Assembly: GCF_000007185.1 (NCBI RefSeq)
Contig: NC_003551.1
Location: 695,456-727,455, forward strand
Origin: Methanopyrus kandleri AV19
Lineage (GTDB): Archaea > JAADCQ01 > Methanopyri > Methanopyrales > Methanopyraceae
DNA: 32,000 nucleotides
Reading direction: 5' to 3'
How positions within the stretch are numbered: position 1 is the first letter of the stretch; the number at the start of each line of letters is the position of its first letter. Shown piece after piece: positions 1-8,602 of this stretch. The position numbers were made by a program, and so were the translations under genes. Under the pieces are notes generated by a model. It was not told where the DNA came from. It ran no database searches and saw only the letters and a list, made by a program, of their open reading frames with translations.

Positions 1-506
1 CGATGGAGCCCGACGATCTCGTTCCCCCGATGCCGGTGTTCGGCAGAGGGCACCGAGTCCACGTGACCGGGCTCACCCACGACGAGCGAGGATATCCGGC
101 TACGGACGACCCCGAGGTTCATCGCAAGCTCGTCATGAGGCTGTGCAACAAGGTCAGGAAGCGGGCTCGAGAGATCCACGAGGAGGTAGGGTACGACTTC
201 GAGGAGCGCGAGTCCGACGTCGCCCTAGTGGCCTACGGAGGCTGCGCCAGGACCGTGATCGAGGCGGCCGAGGAGCTCGGGGTCACCGTCTTCCGCCCCA
301 AGGTTGTCCACCCGTTCGACCCCGATATGATCCGTGACTTACTCGACGGCTACGAGGTCCTAGTCGTCGAGATGAACTTGGGTCAGTACGTCGAGATGGT
401 CGAGCGTGCCCTGGATCGCGAGTGCGTGCACCTGCTCGGCTATCCGGGTGGCTATCCACCGACCCCAGAGCGCGTAATCCGTGAGGTGAAGAAGCTCTCG
501 GGGTGA
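1..506 (+). CDS. korA: 2-oxoacid:ferredoxin oxidoreductase alpha subunit, C-terminal part (5' end outside window); probably 2-oxoglutarate synthase
   Basis: The frame is open to the window edge. The translation (VALVAYGGCARTVIEAAEELG ... LVVEMNLGQY) looks like the C-terminal domain of OFOR alpha subunits. GTGA overlap with the next subunit gene. 2-oxoglutarate specificity is inferred only from linkage to sucCD. Confidence 0.8.
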   Translation, partial: MEPDDLVPPMPVFGRGHRVHVTGLTHDERGYPATDDPEVHRKLVMRLCNKVRKRAREIHEEVGYDFEERESDVALVAYGGCARTVIEAAEELGVTVFRPKVVHPFDPDMIRDLLDGYEVLVVEMNLGQYVEMVERALDRECVHLLGYPGGYPPTPERVIREVKKLSG

Positions 507-1318
507 CCGTCGTGGATTGGAAGGAGCTCGTACGCTGGGACCGCATGCCGCACATCCTCTGCCCCGGTTGTGGGAACGGCACCATCCTGAACGCGCTGGT
601 TCGCGTCCTGGCGGAGAAGTTCGAGGAAGGGGAGCTCGATCCGGATAAGACGGTGCTGGTCTCCGGCATCGGTTGCTCGTCCAGATTACCGGGCTACGTG
701 AAACTGGACTCCCTTCACACTACCCACGGTCGTCCACTGGCCTTCGCGACTGGAATCAAGCTGGCGAACCCCGACCTCGAGGTCATCGTGATCACCGGTG
801 ACGGTGACGCGGCCGCCATCGGTGGGAACCACCTGATCCACGCCGCCCGCAGGAACTTGGACGTCACGGTGATCTGTGCCAACAACTACATTTACGGAAT
901 GACGGGCGGCCAGGTCAGCCCCACGACGCCCAGAGGTGCCAAGTCGACCACGACTCCCTACGGGAACCCGGAGCCACCGTTCGACCTTTGTGAGCTCGTT
1001 ATGGGGGCCGGAGCCCCTCACGTGGAGCGGTGGACCACGGCTCATCCCGCCCAGTTGAAGGCCGCGATCGCCCGTGCCCTCGAGCGCGAAGGTTTCTCCT
1101 TCATCGACGTGCTCTGTCAGTGTCCCACGAACTACGGCCGGAGGAACGACATGAGGGACCCTCGAGAGATGGTCGAGTGGCTCCGGGAGAACACCTCCAC
1201 GCGGGAGGAGGAAGGCAAGATCCGGATCGGAATCCTCCGCGATGAGGAGCGCGAGCCTTTCCACAAGCGCATGTACGACATGATCGAGGAGGTGAGAACG
1301 GGTGAGGAAGGAGATTAG
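503..1318 (+). CDS. korB: 2-oxoacid:ferredoxin oxidoreductase beta subunit (TPP-binding)
   Basis: TPP motif GDGDAAAIGGNHLIHAARRNLDVTVICANNYIYGMTGGQ. N-terminal CPGCG. Overlaps the korA stop. Confidence 0.9.
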   Translation: MTVVDWKELVRWDRMPHILCPGCGNGTILNALVRVLAEKFEEGELDPDKTVLVSGIGCSSRLPGYVKLDSLHTTHGRPLAFATGIKLANPDLEVIVITGDGDAAAIGGNHLIHAARRNLDVTVICANNYIYGMTGGQVSPTTPRGAKSTTTPYGNPEPPFDLCELVMGAGAPHVERWTTAHPAQLKAAIARALEREGFSFIDVLCQCPTNYGRRNDMRDPREMVEWLRENTSTREEEGKIRIGILRDEEREPFHKRMYDMIEEVRTGEEGD

Positions 1319-1832
1319 GATCAGCGGGTTCGGCGGTCAAGGGATAGTACTCGCCGGCGTGGTTCTGGGCCGGGCCGCCGCGGTTTACGAGGGGTACAAC
1401 GCCGTGCAGACGCAATCCTACGGGCCGGAGGCCCGGGGCGGTGCCTCGCGCTCGGACGTGATAGTATCCGACGAGGAGGTCATGTACCCGTACGTACGCC
1501 GACCCGACTTCCTCGTGACTATGTCGCAAGAAGCCTACGAGAAGTACGTGGGGAGCGTTCCCGAGGACGGTCTCGTCGTCTACGACTCGACGCTCGTCGA
1601 ACCCTCCCGCGAGGACGTCGAGCACGTGGGCGTCCCCGCGACCGAGCTCGCCGAGGAAGAGCTCGGGCTCAGGATCGTCGCTAACATGGTCATCTTAGGC
1701 GCGTTGCGTGAGCTCACCGGGATCGTCTCGTTCGACTCACTACGAAAGGCCGTCGAGGATTCCGTACCGCCCGGGACGGAGGACGTCAACGTCCGGGCCC
1801 TCAAGCTCGGAGCCCGGGAGGTGAGGGAATGA
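1302..1832 (+). CDS. korG: 2-oxoacid:ferredoxin oxidoreductase gamma subunit
   Basis: The N-terminus IRISGFGGQGIVLAG and overall length are typical of OFOR gamma subunits. 17-nt overlap with korB. Confidence 0.85.
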   Translation: MRKEIRISGFGGQGIVLAGVVLGRAAAVYEGYNAVQTQSYGPEARGGASRSDVIVSDEEVMYPYVRRPDFLVTMSQEAYEKYVGSVPEDGLVVYDSTLVEPSREDVEHVGVPATELAEEELGLRIVANMVILGALRELTGIVSFDSLRKAVEDSVPPGTEDVNVRALKLGAREVRE

Positions 1833-2908
1833 TCAGGCTGTTGGAGTACCAGGCTAAGCATCTGCTCAAGGAGGCCGGGGTGCCGATTCCAGAAGGCGAC
1901 GTCGCCCGCACCTCGGCGGACGCGGCCCGGATCGCCGCCGAACTCGGGGGACCGGTGGCCGTCAAGGCGCAGGTGCCCGTCGGGGCCCGTGGTAAAGCCG
2001 GGGGTATCCTGTTCGCGGACGACCCGGAAGGGGCCAGAAAGGCCGCCCGGAAGCTGCTCGGCTCGCGGATCCGGGGTGAGACCGTCAGGAAGGTGCTCGT
2101 GGAAGAGAAACTGGACATAGCCGAGGAATGGTACGTGTCCATAACGCTCGACCGTGCGAAGCGTAGGCCCGTACTCCTCGTCTCCCGCGAAGGTGGAGTA
2201 GATATCGAAGAGGTTCCGGACGAGAAGATCGCCCGCAGGTACCTCGACCCGATCCTAGGATTACGCCCCTTCGAAGCTCGAGAGGCGATCCTCGAGGCGG
2301 GTATCCCGAAGGAGCACCTGCGGGACGTCGAGGAAGTGATCACATCCATGTACGAGGTGTTCGAGAGCTACGACGCTCACCTCGTGGAGATCAACCCGCT
2401 AGTTCTTACGGAGAACGGGGAGGTAGTGGCCGCGGACGCTGTCGTGAACCTGGACGAAGACGCCGCCAATATCCGGCACCCGGAGTTCGCCGAAGAGACC
2501 CGCGATTTCCCCTTCGTCGAGCTCGACGGTGACATCGGTATCATCGCCAACGGTGCGGGTCTCACCATGGCCACCATAGATCTCGTTAAGGATCTCGGTG
2601 GTAAGCCCGCCAACTTCTTGGACGTAGGTGGTGGGGCTTACCCGACGCTCATCCGTAGAGCCATCCTCACCGTGGCCGAGCTGGACGTGAAAGTGATCCT
2701 CCTCAACATCTTCGGTGGCATCACTCGGTGTGACGAGGTGGCGGAAGGTATCGTTCAAGCCCTCGACGACGTGGACGTCCCGCTCGTGGTGAGGCTCGTG
2801 GGGACGAACGAGGAGGAAGGTCATCGCATACTCCGCGAGCACGGGGTCGACGTCTACACCGAGCTTAAGGAGGCGGTCGAACGCGCGGTCGAGTTAGCGG
2901 GGGCTTAG
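1829..2908 (+). CDS. sucC: succinyl-CoA synthetase beta subunit (ATP-grasp)
   Basis: [57 protein letters not shown] overlap with the korG stop. Confidence 0.9.
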   Translation: MIRLLEYQAKHLLKEAGVPIPEGDVARTSADAARIAAELGGPVAVKAQVPVGARGKAGGILFADDPEGARKAARKLLGSRIRGETVRKVLVEEKLDIAEEWYVSITLDRAKRRPVLLVSREGGVDIEEVPDEKIARRYLDPILGLRPFEAREAILEAGIPKEHLRDVEEVITSMYEVFESYDAHLVEINPLVLTENGEVVAADAVVNLDEDAANIRHPEFAEETRDFPFVELDGDIGIIANGAGLTMATIDLVKDLGGKPANFLDVGGGAYPTLIRRAILTVAELDVKVILLNIFGGITRCDEVAEGIVQALDDVDVPLVVRLVGTNEEEGHRILREHGVDVYTELKEAVERAVELAGA

Positions 2909-2911
2909 CCC

Positions 2912-3775
2912 TTGTTAGACTCAGACACGCGCGTCCTCGTGCAGGGTATCACGGGCCGGCACGGAAGTTTCCATACGAAGCTAATGCTGGAGTACGGGAC
3001 CGAAATCGTCGCCGGCGTAACCCCCGGCCGGGGCGGCCAGGAGGTTCACGGGGTCCCGGTCTACGACACCGTCGAAGAAGCCGTCGAAGAGACCGACGCC
3101 GAGGCTTCCGTCATATTCGTTCCAGCTCCGCAGGCACCCGACGCGGTCATGGAAGCCATCGAGGCGGGGCTCGATCCCATCGTCGTGATCACCGAGCACA
3201 TACCGGCTCACGACACCATGCGGTTCGTCGAGCTAGCCCGGTGGGAAGGTATCCGCATTATCGGCCCTAACACTCCCGGAATCATCGTACCGCCGGAGCG
3301 GGTGAAGCTGGGGATCATGCCTCATCAAGTGTTCACCGAGGGTGAAGTGGCCGTAGCGTCGAGGAGCGGTACCCTCACGTACGAGATCGTTCAGGCGATG
3401 ACCGAGGCCGGACTCGGTCAGTCCCTCTGCGTGGGACTCGGGGGCGACCAAATCGTCGGAACTACCTTCATAGACTTCTTGGAGTACGTCCGGGAAGATG
3501 ATCGCACCGAGGCCGTGGTTCTCATCGGGGAGATAGGTGGAAATGCGGAAGAGCTCGCCGCCGAGTACATCGCGGAAACCGACTTCCCGAAGCCCGTCGT
3601 CGCCTACATCGCCGGCCGTCACGCCCCACCCGGCAAACGTATGGGCCACGCCGGGGCCATCATCGAGAGAGGTCGTGGAACCGCGGAGTCCAAGATCGAA
3701 GCTTTCCGAAAGGCAGGAGTCGATGTAGCCGAGAAGCCGTGGGAAGTGCCGGAGCTGCTTCGGGAGTACCTCTAG
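2912..3775 (+). CDS. sucD: succinyl-CoA synthetase alpha subunit
   Basis: CoA-binding [13 protein letters not shown] and phosphohistidine loop [12 protein letters not shown] start 3 nt after the sucC stop. Confidence 0.9.
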   Translation: MLDSDTRVLVQGITGRHGSFHTKLMLEYGTEIVAGVTPGRGGQEVHGVPVYDTVEEAVEETDAEASVIFVPAPQAPDAVMEAIEAGLDPIVVITEHIPAHDTMRFVELARWEGIRIIGPNTPGIIVPPERVKLGIMPHQVFTEGEVAVASRSGTLTYEIVQAMTEAGLGQSLCVGLGGDQIVGTTFIDFLEYVREDDRTEAVVLIGEIGGNAEELAAEYIAETDFPKPVVAYIAGRHAPPGKRMGHAGAIIERGRGTAESKIEAFRKAGVDVAEKPWEVPELLREYL

Positions 3776-4636
3776 TTGAAACTCTCCGTCCCCGGTGCCC
3801 TGACGGGCTTTTTTCACCCGCAGCCCGGTAAGACGCCGAAAGACACAGGATCGCCCGGCTTCGGCCTAGCCGTCGATTCCGTTGTGATCGTACGTGTCCG
3901 ACGCCTTCGGGCTGAGCGTCTCAGAGTTCGCGCAGATCATCCAATCGACTCTCGAATAGCCCGGAAGTGCTACGAAGTGCTCGATCCCGATGGGGGCCTC
4001 AGCGTTCGTTACGAATTCTCCGTACCCCCTGGTTGCGGCTTAGGGACCAGTGCGGCCTCCGCCCTGGGAACGTTGGCGGCCGGGGCCGCCGAGATAGGTC
4101 TCGAGGTGAGCCCCGAGTGGATCGCACGTCGCGCTTACGAGATAGAGCTAGAGCTAGGTACGGGCATCGGTGACGTGGTAACGATCTGGCACGGCGGAGC
4201 CGTCCTCCGGGTCGGACCCGGGTACCCGGACGAGGTTCTCATCCACCGAATACCAGTCGAACCGGACCTCCGTGTCCTGATCTATGAGCCCCGACCTATC
4301 GAGACTCGCGAGGCACTCGATGGACTTTCGGGCACCGAGGTAGCCCTCAGGTACCTGAAGGAACTCGAGAGGCACCCGGATCTCGAACTCGCGCTCCGTA
4401 GGTCGTTGGAATTCGCCGAACGGCTCGGATTCTCCGAGGAAGTTAAGCTCGCCAAGGAGCTCTCCCACAAGCACCTGGGAGCTTCGATCGCCATGCTCAG
4501 TCGAACGGTTTTCGCGGTATCGTGGGAACAGGATCCACAAGCCGACGTCGAGCTCCCTGTATCCTGCAGCTCCTTCCCGGAAATCATTTCAGGAATTTCC
4601 GAAATTCAGTGTGAACGGGGACTGAGAGATGTGTGA
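3776..4636 (+). CDS. GHMP-superfamily kinase, archaeal pantoate-kinase-like
   Basis: GHMP motif PPGCGLGTSAASALG. N-terminal VPGALTGFF and GTGIGDVVTIWHGG resemble the archaeal COG1829-type pantoate kinase family as I recall it. TTG start immediately after the sucD stop. Confidence 0.6.
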   Translation: MKLSVPGALTGFFHPQPGKTPKDTGSPGFGLAVDSVVIVRVRRLRAERLRVRADHPIDSRIARKCYEVLDPDGGLSVRYEFSVPPGCGLGTSAASALGTLAAGAAEIGLEVSPEWIARRAYEIELELGTGIGDVVTIWHGGAVLRVGPGYPDEVLIHRIPVEPDLRVLIYEPRPIETREALDGLSGTEVALRYLKELERHPDLELALRRSLEFAERLGFSEEVKLAKELSHKHLGASIAMLSRTVFAVSWEQDPQADVELPVSCSSFPEIISGISEIQCERGLRDV

Positions 4637-4805
4637 GTTCACTGTCAAACTAGGTGGTGAGGTGATCGCGGAGGACGTCCTGTACCTGGAAGTGACGGAG
4701 GAGGGTGTCGTACTGCGCGACGTGATGGGGGAGGAACAGGTGATCGAAGGTGCCCAAGTCAAGCGCATCGACATGGACGAGCACGTGGTGGAGCTCGAGC
4801 GCTGA
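4629..4805 (+). CDS. CooT-family small protein (58 aa, putative nickel-binding/formerly 'predicted RNA-binding')
   Basis: ATG at 4629 overlaps the upstream stop by 8 nt. Translation: MCEFTVKLGGEVIAEDVLYLEVTEEGVVLRDVMGEEQVIEGAQVKRIDMDEHVVELER. The N-terminal Met-Cys-Glu and alternating beta-strand pattern match CooT/PF10133-type proteins. Missing from the ORF track because it is under 60 aa. Confidence 0.6.
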   Translation: MCEFTVKLGGEVIAEDVLYLEVTEEGVVLRDVMGEEQVIEGAQVKRIDMDEHVVELER

Positions 4806-4841
4806 CCCCCAGTTCAGGTCCCGACCCCGGGCACCGAGGAT

Positions 4842-4860
4842 CGTTATGGACACCATAACG
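4842..4860. terminator. perfect 8-bp hairpin CGTTATGG-ACA-CCATAACG between convergent genes
   Basis: Read directly. It lies in the 88-nt convergent spacer between the CooT-like ORF and pyrF. Its core is related to the palindrome 3' of tRNA-Lys. A terminator role is inference. Confidence 0.3.
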
Positions 4861-4893
4861 GTCATGAGTGGGGCTCGGCGCTCATGGGACTCG

Positions 4894-5550
4894 TCACCGT
4901 TCGGCCGGCCTGGAAGTCCTCATCGCCCGAGTCAAATCCTTCGCCGCTTCCACGGGGTCGTGCGCTTCCGTGATCGCCCGACCGACTATCTCGAAATCCG
5001 CACCAGCTCGCACCGCGTCACCGGGCGCCGCTCCCTGAGCTCCTACACCGGGGCTGGCGATGAGCTTGTCGGTGATCTTCCGGACCTCCCGGACTCTCTC
5101 GGGTCTCGTCGCCGGGGCCACGTACCCGACAACACCGTCGATGTCGTCGCATGCTTTAACGATGTCCCGGCAAGCTCGATCGTAGAACTCCCGCGCCCCC
5201 GGGTGACTCATCGTAGCTACCACGAACACCGGTAGCACCTCAGCGCATTCCTCGACGACGTCCGGACCTACGAACCCGTGAACTATGGCGGCGTTGGCGC
5301 CGGCCTCGCTCACACGCTCGACGATCGACCGCGATATCTCCGGAATGTCCGCCGTTTTCAAATCCACGAGCAGGAACGATTCTTCTAGCACTTCGGCGAC
5401 CCGCTCTATCCCCGCCGCCCCTTCGGCCAGCACCACTTCGTACCCTACTTTGAACCCGTCGACGTATCCGTCAAGTGTTTCCGCGATCTCCACCGCGCGA
5501 TCCGGTGACACGTCCAGCGCAACGATCAGGCGCGTATCGGGTTCGAGCAC
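4894..5550 (-). CDS. pyrF: orotidine 5'-phosphate decarboxylase
   Basis: LIVALDV ... GFKVG ... LLVDLKTADIPEI (D-x-K-x-x-D catalytic motif) and the C-terminal GADFEIVGRAI. Confidence 0.85.
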   Translation of the reverse strand: MLEPDTRLIVALDVSPDRAVEIAETLDGYVDGFKVGYEVVLAEGAAGIERVAEVLEESFLLVDLKTADIPEISRSIVERVSEAGANAAIVHGFVGPDVVEECAEVLPVFVVATMSHPGAREFYDRACRDIVKACDDIDGVVGYVAPATRPERVREVRKITDKLIASPGVGAQGAAPGDAVRAGADFEIVGRAITEAHDPVEAAKDLTRAMRTSRPAER

Positions 5551-6023
5551 CTGATCGCCCCCGTCAACAGTTCCGCAGCGTGGTACCCGAGGTCGAAGGT
5601 TATGACGGCGAGTGCCGTGATACCGTCCAGGACCCCAAATGCCCAGCCCACCACGGCTCCGATCTTGAGTACGGGTCGTAATCCCGTGGGTTCGACGGGG
5701 TGAATGATCTCGTCGAGGGTCGCTAAGACCGTGATGACCAGCAAGGTGAGCGGGGTTACCTCGGGGCGCGTGATCAGGACGCCGAGCGCTACGATAGCGG
5801 CGGCCGCGAGGTGGGGAATCTCGTCGATCTTACCGGCGACGGCGTTGCCGAGGATCAGTCCCAGGTATAAGTCCGGCCTTACCCCGGTGGCCACGGAAGC
5901 TAGGGCCGCGGCCGCCGCCACGAGCCCGCACGGTAACGCCCACTGCGGCCGGCTCAACTCATCTACCAAGTCGTCCGCGATCTTCAGCGCGAACCCGGAC
6001 ACCGCCGCCAGCTCAGGCCCCAA
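5526..6023 (-). CDS. small integral membrane protein, unknown function
   Basis: About 4-5 hydrophobic spans with repeated acidic motifs (KIADDLVDE, GKIDEIPH, TLDEIIH). TTG start directly after the deoxyhypusine synthase stop. Overlaps the pyrF start by 25 nt. No family recognised. Confidence 0.5.
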   Translation of the reverse strand: MGPELAAVSGFALKIADDLVDELSRPQWALPCGLVAAAAALASVATGVRPDLYLGLILGNAVAGKIDEIPHLAAAAIVALGVLITRPEVTPLTLLVITVLATLDEIIHPVEPTGLRPVLKIGAVVGWAFGVLDGITALAVITFDLGYHAAELLTGAIRCSNPIRA

Positions 6024-6917
6024 TCATACGATCCCCAGCCGCTGCATGACGCCGGATGCGAGCAGTGGGAAGATTATCAGGTAGTCCCCCACGATGGTGG
6101 CCACCTCGGCGTCTTCTCGCACCTTCTCCCACGATTTACCTTCCTCCAGAGGCGCACCACTGAGGCTTCCCGTTTCGGGCCTATCCATCGTGATCTGAAC
6201 GGCGTAGTCCAGACCACCTCGAAGCATCGCGGCCCCCATCGCGAAGTGCTTCGGCACGCTCCCGCCTAAGATGATGGCTCCTAACTCCTCGGCTTCGAAA
6301 ACGAGGTCCGCGAGATGGTGCATATCGTCCACAAGGTCCAGGTGAAAGTCGTGATCCTGTGAGTGTATCCACACGTGCAGGCCGACCATCGAGTCCAGTA
6401 TTCCCGGCGAGTATATCGGCACTCCTTCGTCGGCTGCGGCCCTGAGGAAGCCGCTCTCGAGCCTCTTCCCCATTTCCCACAGCAGCTCTCGGCAGGATAC
6501 GCGCCCCGAGAGATCGGAGAGGACTTCCCGCATGAAGTGCTCGAACTTCTCGAACGCTTCCGTCGGTATGTGCGTATCATGAACCCGACCGTACCCATCG
6601 ACGTTGCGCTCTCCCAAGCACACGTGGATACCGCCGAGGGCGTCCAGGGCGTCGTGAACTACGTTAGCGCCGGACGTGATCACGGCGTCGACGAGGCCTT
6701 CACGGATGAGCCGCTCGAAGAGCTCGCCGAGTCCACCCGCTACCGCAGGGCCGGCTACGGTGAGGAGGACCGTGACGTCGTCCGAAGACCACATCTTCTC
6801 CAAGATCCGTGCCGCTCTACCCAATCTTCCGGCGCCTAACGCGCCGACGCGTTCCATCTCTCGCAGGAACCCGTCGAGGTCCATGTCGCCTCGATACCTG
6901 AACGTTTCACGCTTCAC
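6024..6917 (-). CDS. dys: deoxyhypusine synthase
   Basis: GAGRLGRAARILEKMW ... LTVAGPAVAGGL ... VDAVITSGANVVHD ... GGSVPKHF are typical DHS blocks. 4-nt overlap with the agmatinase gene. Confidence 0.9.
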   Translation of the reverse strand: MKRETFRYRGDMDLDGFLREMERVGALGAGRLGRAARILEKMWSSDDVTVLLTVAGPAVAGGLGELFERLIREGLVDAVITSGANVVHDALDALGGIHVCLGERNVDGYGRVHDTHIPTEAFEKFEHFMREVLSDLSGRVSCRELLWEMGKRLESGFLRAAADEGVPIYSPGILDSMVGLHVWIHSQDHDFHLDLVDDMHHLADLVFEAEELGAIILGGSVPKHFAMGAAMLRGGLDYAVQITMDRPETGSLSGAPLEEGKSWEKVREDAEVATIVGDYLIIFPLLASGVMQRLGIV

Positions 6918-7627
6918 CTTTCAGCCACTCCCTTGAGGTATTCGCCCACCAAGCGGGCGGCCGTCACCGGCGACACGTGGCTTTCGACCGTGGGACAGAG
7001 CTCGACTACATCTAGGTGAGCACGCTTCCGACCGGCCCATCTCAAGATGTCGGCGCAGAGGCGGTACGGGAGTCCCCCCGGTTCTGGAGTGGTTACACCC
7101 GGGACTACGGACGGATCCAGGACGTCGAGGTCTAGCGACACGTAGTCCACGTCGTCGATTACCTCGGTTATATCTCCGTGATCGACGGAGACCACGTGCT
7201 CGTGCTCGCGGAACACGTCGTACTCTTCCCGGGACCAACACCTGACGCCTACCAAGAACACCTCGTCGACGATCTCCAGGCAGCCCCGTAGGGCCCCGTC
7301 GTGACGTTCGGATCTACGGAGGTCCGGGTGCGCGTCCAGCCAGAGCAAACGCCGTGGGGTGAGTTCTTGAACGATTTCGGGCGTGATAGAGTGATCGCCG
7401 CCGAGCACCACGAATATCTCGGGCTCGCTTTCAGGCTCGAACGTCCTGAGGTTCCCCTCATCTACCAGGGTCAGGATTTCCAGCGGGTCACCGACCTCCG
7501 GGTCGTAAAAGTCCAGGGTGGAAGCCGCCGACCTCACGGCGTTCGGAGCCTCGGCTTGTCCGGTCGGGTACTCTGGGAGCACACGCTCCCTGGGAAGTCC
7601 GACTACGGCTACATCCGGGGATTTCAC
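6914..7627 (-). CDS. speB: agmatinase / ureohydrolase family
   Basis: Mn-ligand motifs GGDHSIT, LDAHPDL and SLDLDVLDP. The maximal ORF runs to 7738, but that extension overlaps the aIF5A 3' end. The in-frame GTG at 7627 gives MKSPDVAVVGLP, a typical agmatinase N-terminus. The start is uncertain. Confidence 0.8.
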   Translation of the reverse strand: MKSPDVAVVGLPRERVLPEYPTGQAEAPNAVRSAASTLDFYDPEVGDPLEILTLVDEGNLRTFEPESEPEIFVVLGGDHSITPEIVQELTPRRLLWLDAHPDLRRSERHDGALRGCLEIVDEVFLVGVRCWSREEYDVFREHEHVVSVDHGDITEVIDDVDYVSLDLDVLDPSVVPGVTTPEPGGLPYRLCADILRWAGRKRAHLDVVELCPTVESHVSPVTAARLVGEYLKGVAER

Positions 7628-7661
7628 GTCGTCGGATGAAAACGAGAGTGGGAAGCGGGGT

Positions 7662-8066
7662 TCACTCTTCCTCCTTGATTCCCACAATTTTACGCTTGCC
7701 CGCTGCCTCCATGTACTCCACCATGGTTCCCGGTTCAAGCTGCGAGGCGAGTTCCTCGTCCTCCGGCTTCTGAACTTCGAATGTCTCGTAGGTTTCCATA
7801 TCCATCAGCTGCACCGTATCACCCATATCGGAGACTACCTGGGCTGTCTTCCGCTCGATCACCGGTACATCCACCTTCGCGTCCACCGGTTTAGTAAGCG
7901 TGCGCTTCTTACCGTCGAACAGCCCTACCGCTACGATCCGCGCCTTCGCCGAACCGTGCTTACCCGGTGAGGACGTGGTGTACTCCACAATCTTACACGG
8001 CTCGTCGTCGATCATGATGTACTTGCCCTTCTTAAGCTGCCGCACCTCGACTTTCTTCACGGCCAC
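7662..8066 (-). CDS. eif5a: translation initiation factor 5A (aIF5A, hypusine-containing)
   Basis: [35 protein letters not shown] contains the hypusination loop GKHG-AK. GTG start preceded by a G-rich SD-like tract. Confidence 0.95.
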   Translation of the reverse strand: MAVKKVEVRQLKKGKYIMIDDEPCKIVEYTTSSPGKHGSAKARIVAVGLFDGKKRTLTKPVDAKVDVPVIERKTAQVVSDMGDTVQLMDMETYETFEVQKPEDEELASQLEPGTMVEYMEAAGKRKIVGIKEEE

Positions 8067-8114
8067 GTCCAGAACCCCCTTCCCGGAGTGTCACGGCGCG
8101 AGCGAGATCCCTCC

Positions 8115-8124
8115 TAATAAGCTT
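8115..8124. promoter_or_regulatory. only A/T-rich island (TAATAAGCTT) in the 74-nt divergent aIF5A/pdaD spacer; candidate shared TATA element
   Basis: Position and composition only. It lies about 50 nt from the aIF5A GTG and about 20 nt from the pdaD TTG. Confidence 0.25.
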
Positions 8125-8140
8125 CGCGAGGGGGATAGGA

Positions 8141-8596
8141 TTGCTGGGAGTACCTAAGAAGTACGCCCTAGTATCCGGAACCGGCGAGGCAGATACGTCC
8201 CTAGCGGCCTTCGACGCCGCGCTGATCGATGCGGGGATAGGTGACTGCAACCTCGTGGAGCTGTCCAGCATACTTCCCCCGAACGCTGAGGAGGACGACC
8301 TTCCGGAGTTCCCACCCGGGTCCATAGTGCCGGCCGTAGTAGCGAAGGCCGTGGGACGCGGCCTGGTGTCGAGCTGCATCTGCGTAGGAAGGCTGGAGTC
8401 CGGTCTCGGGATCGTTTCGGAACGGGCCGCCACCGATAGCGTAGAAACGGTTCGGAGGCTCGCTAAAAGGGACGTCGAGGAGATGGCTAGACTCCGCGGT
8501 GAGAAGCTCGTGGAAGTGCGCACGGTCACGGCTTCTACCGAGCCCGAGGACGCGGAATGGGCGGCGGCGGTAGCGGCGGTGGTCTTCTGGGGGTGA
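8141..8596 (+). CDS. pdaD: pyruvoyl-dependent arginine decarboxylase
   Basis: SGTGEADTSLAAFDAALIDAGIGDCNLVELSSILPP. The Ser-Ser self-cleavage site and flanks match the PdaD family. TTG start. Confidence 0.9.
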   Translation: MLGVPKKYALVSGTGEADTSLAAFDAALIDAGIGDCNLVELSSILPPNAEEDDLPEFPPGSIVPAVVAKAVGRGLVSSCICVGRLESGLGIVSERAATDSVETVRRLAKRDVEEMARLRGEKLVEVRTVTASTEPEDAEWAAAVAAVVFWG

Positions 8597-8602
8597 TCTC
8601 GA

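Noticed and set aside
7628-7738. N-terminal 37-codon extension of the agmatinase ORF
   Set aside because: It overlaps the 3' end of aIF5A by 77 nt and encodes Trp/Arg-rich sequence unlike ureohydrolase N-termini. The in-frame GTG at 7627 gives a canonical start region.
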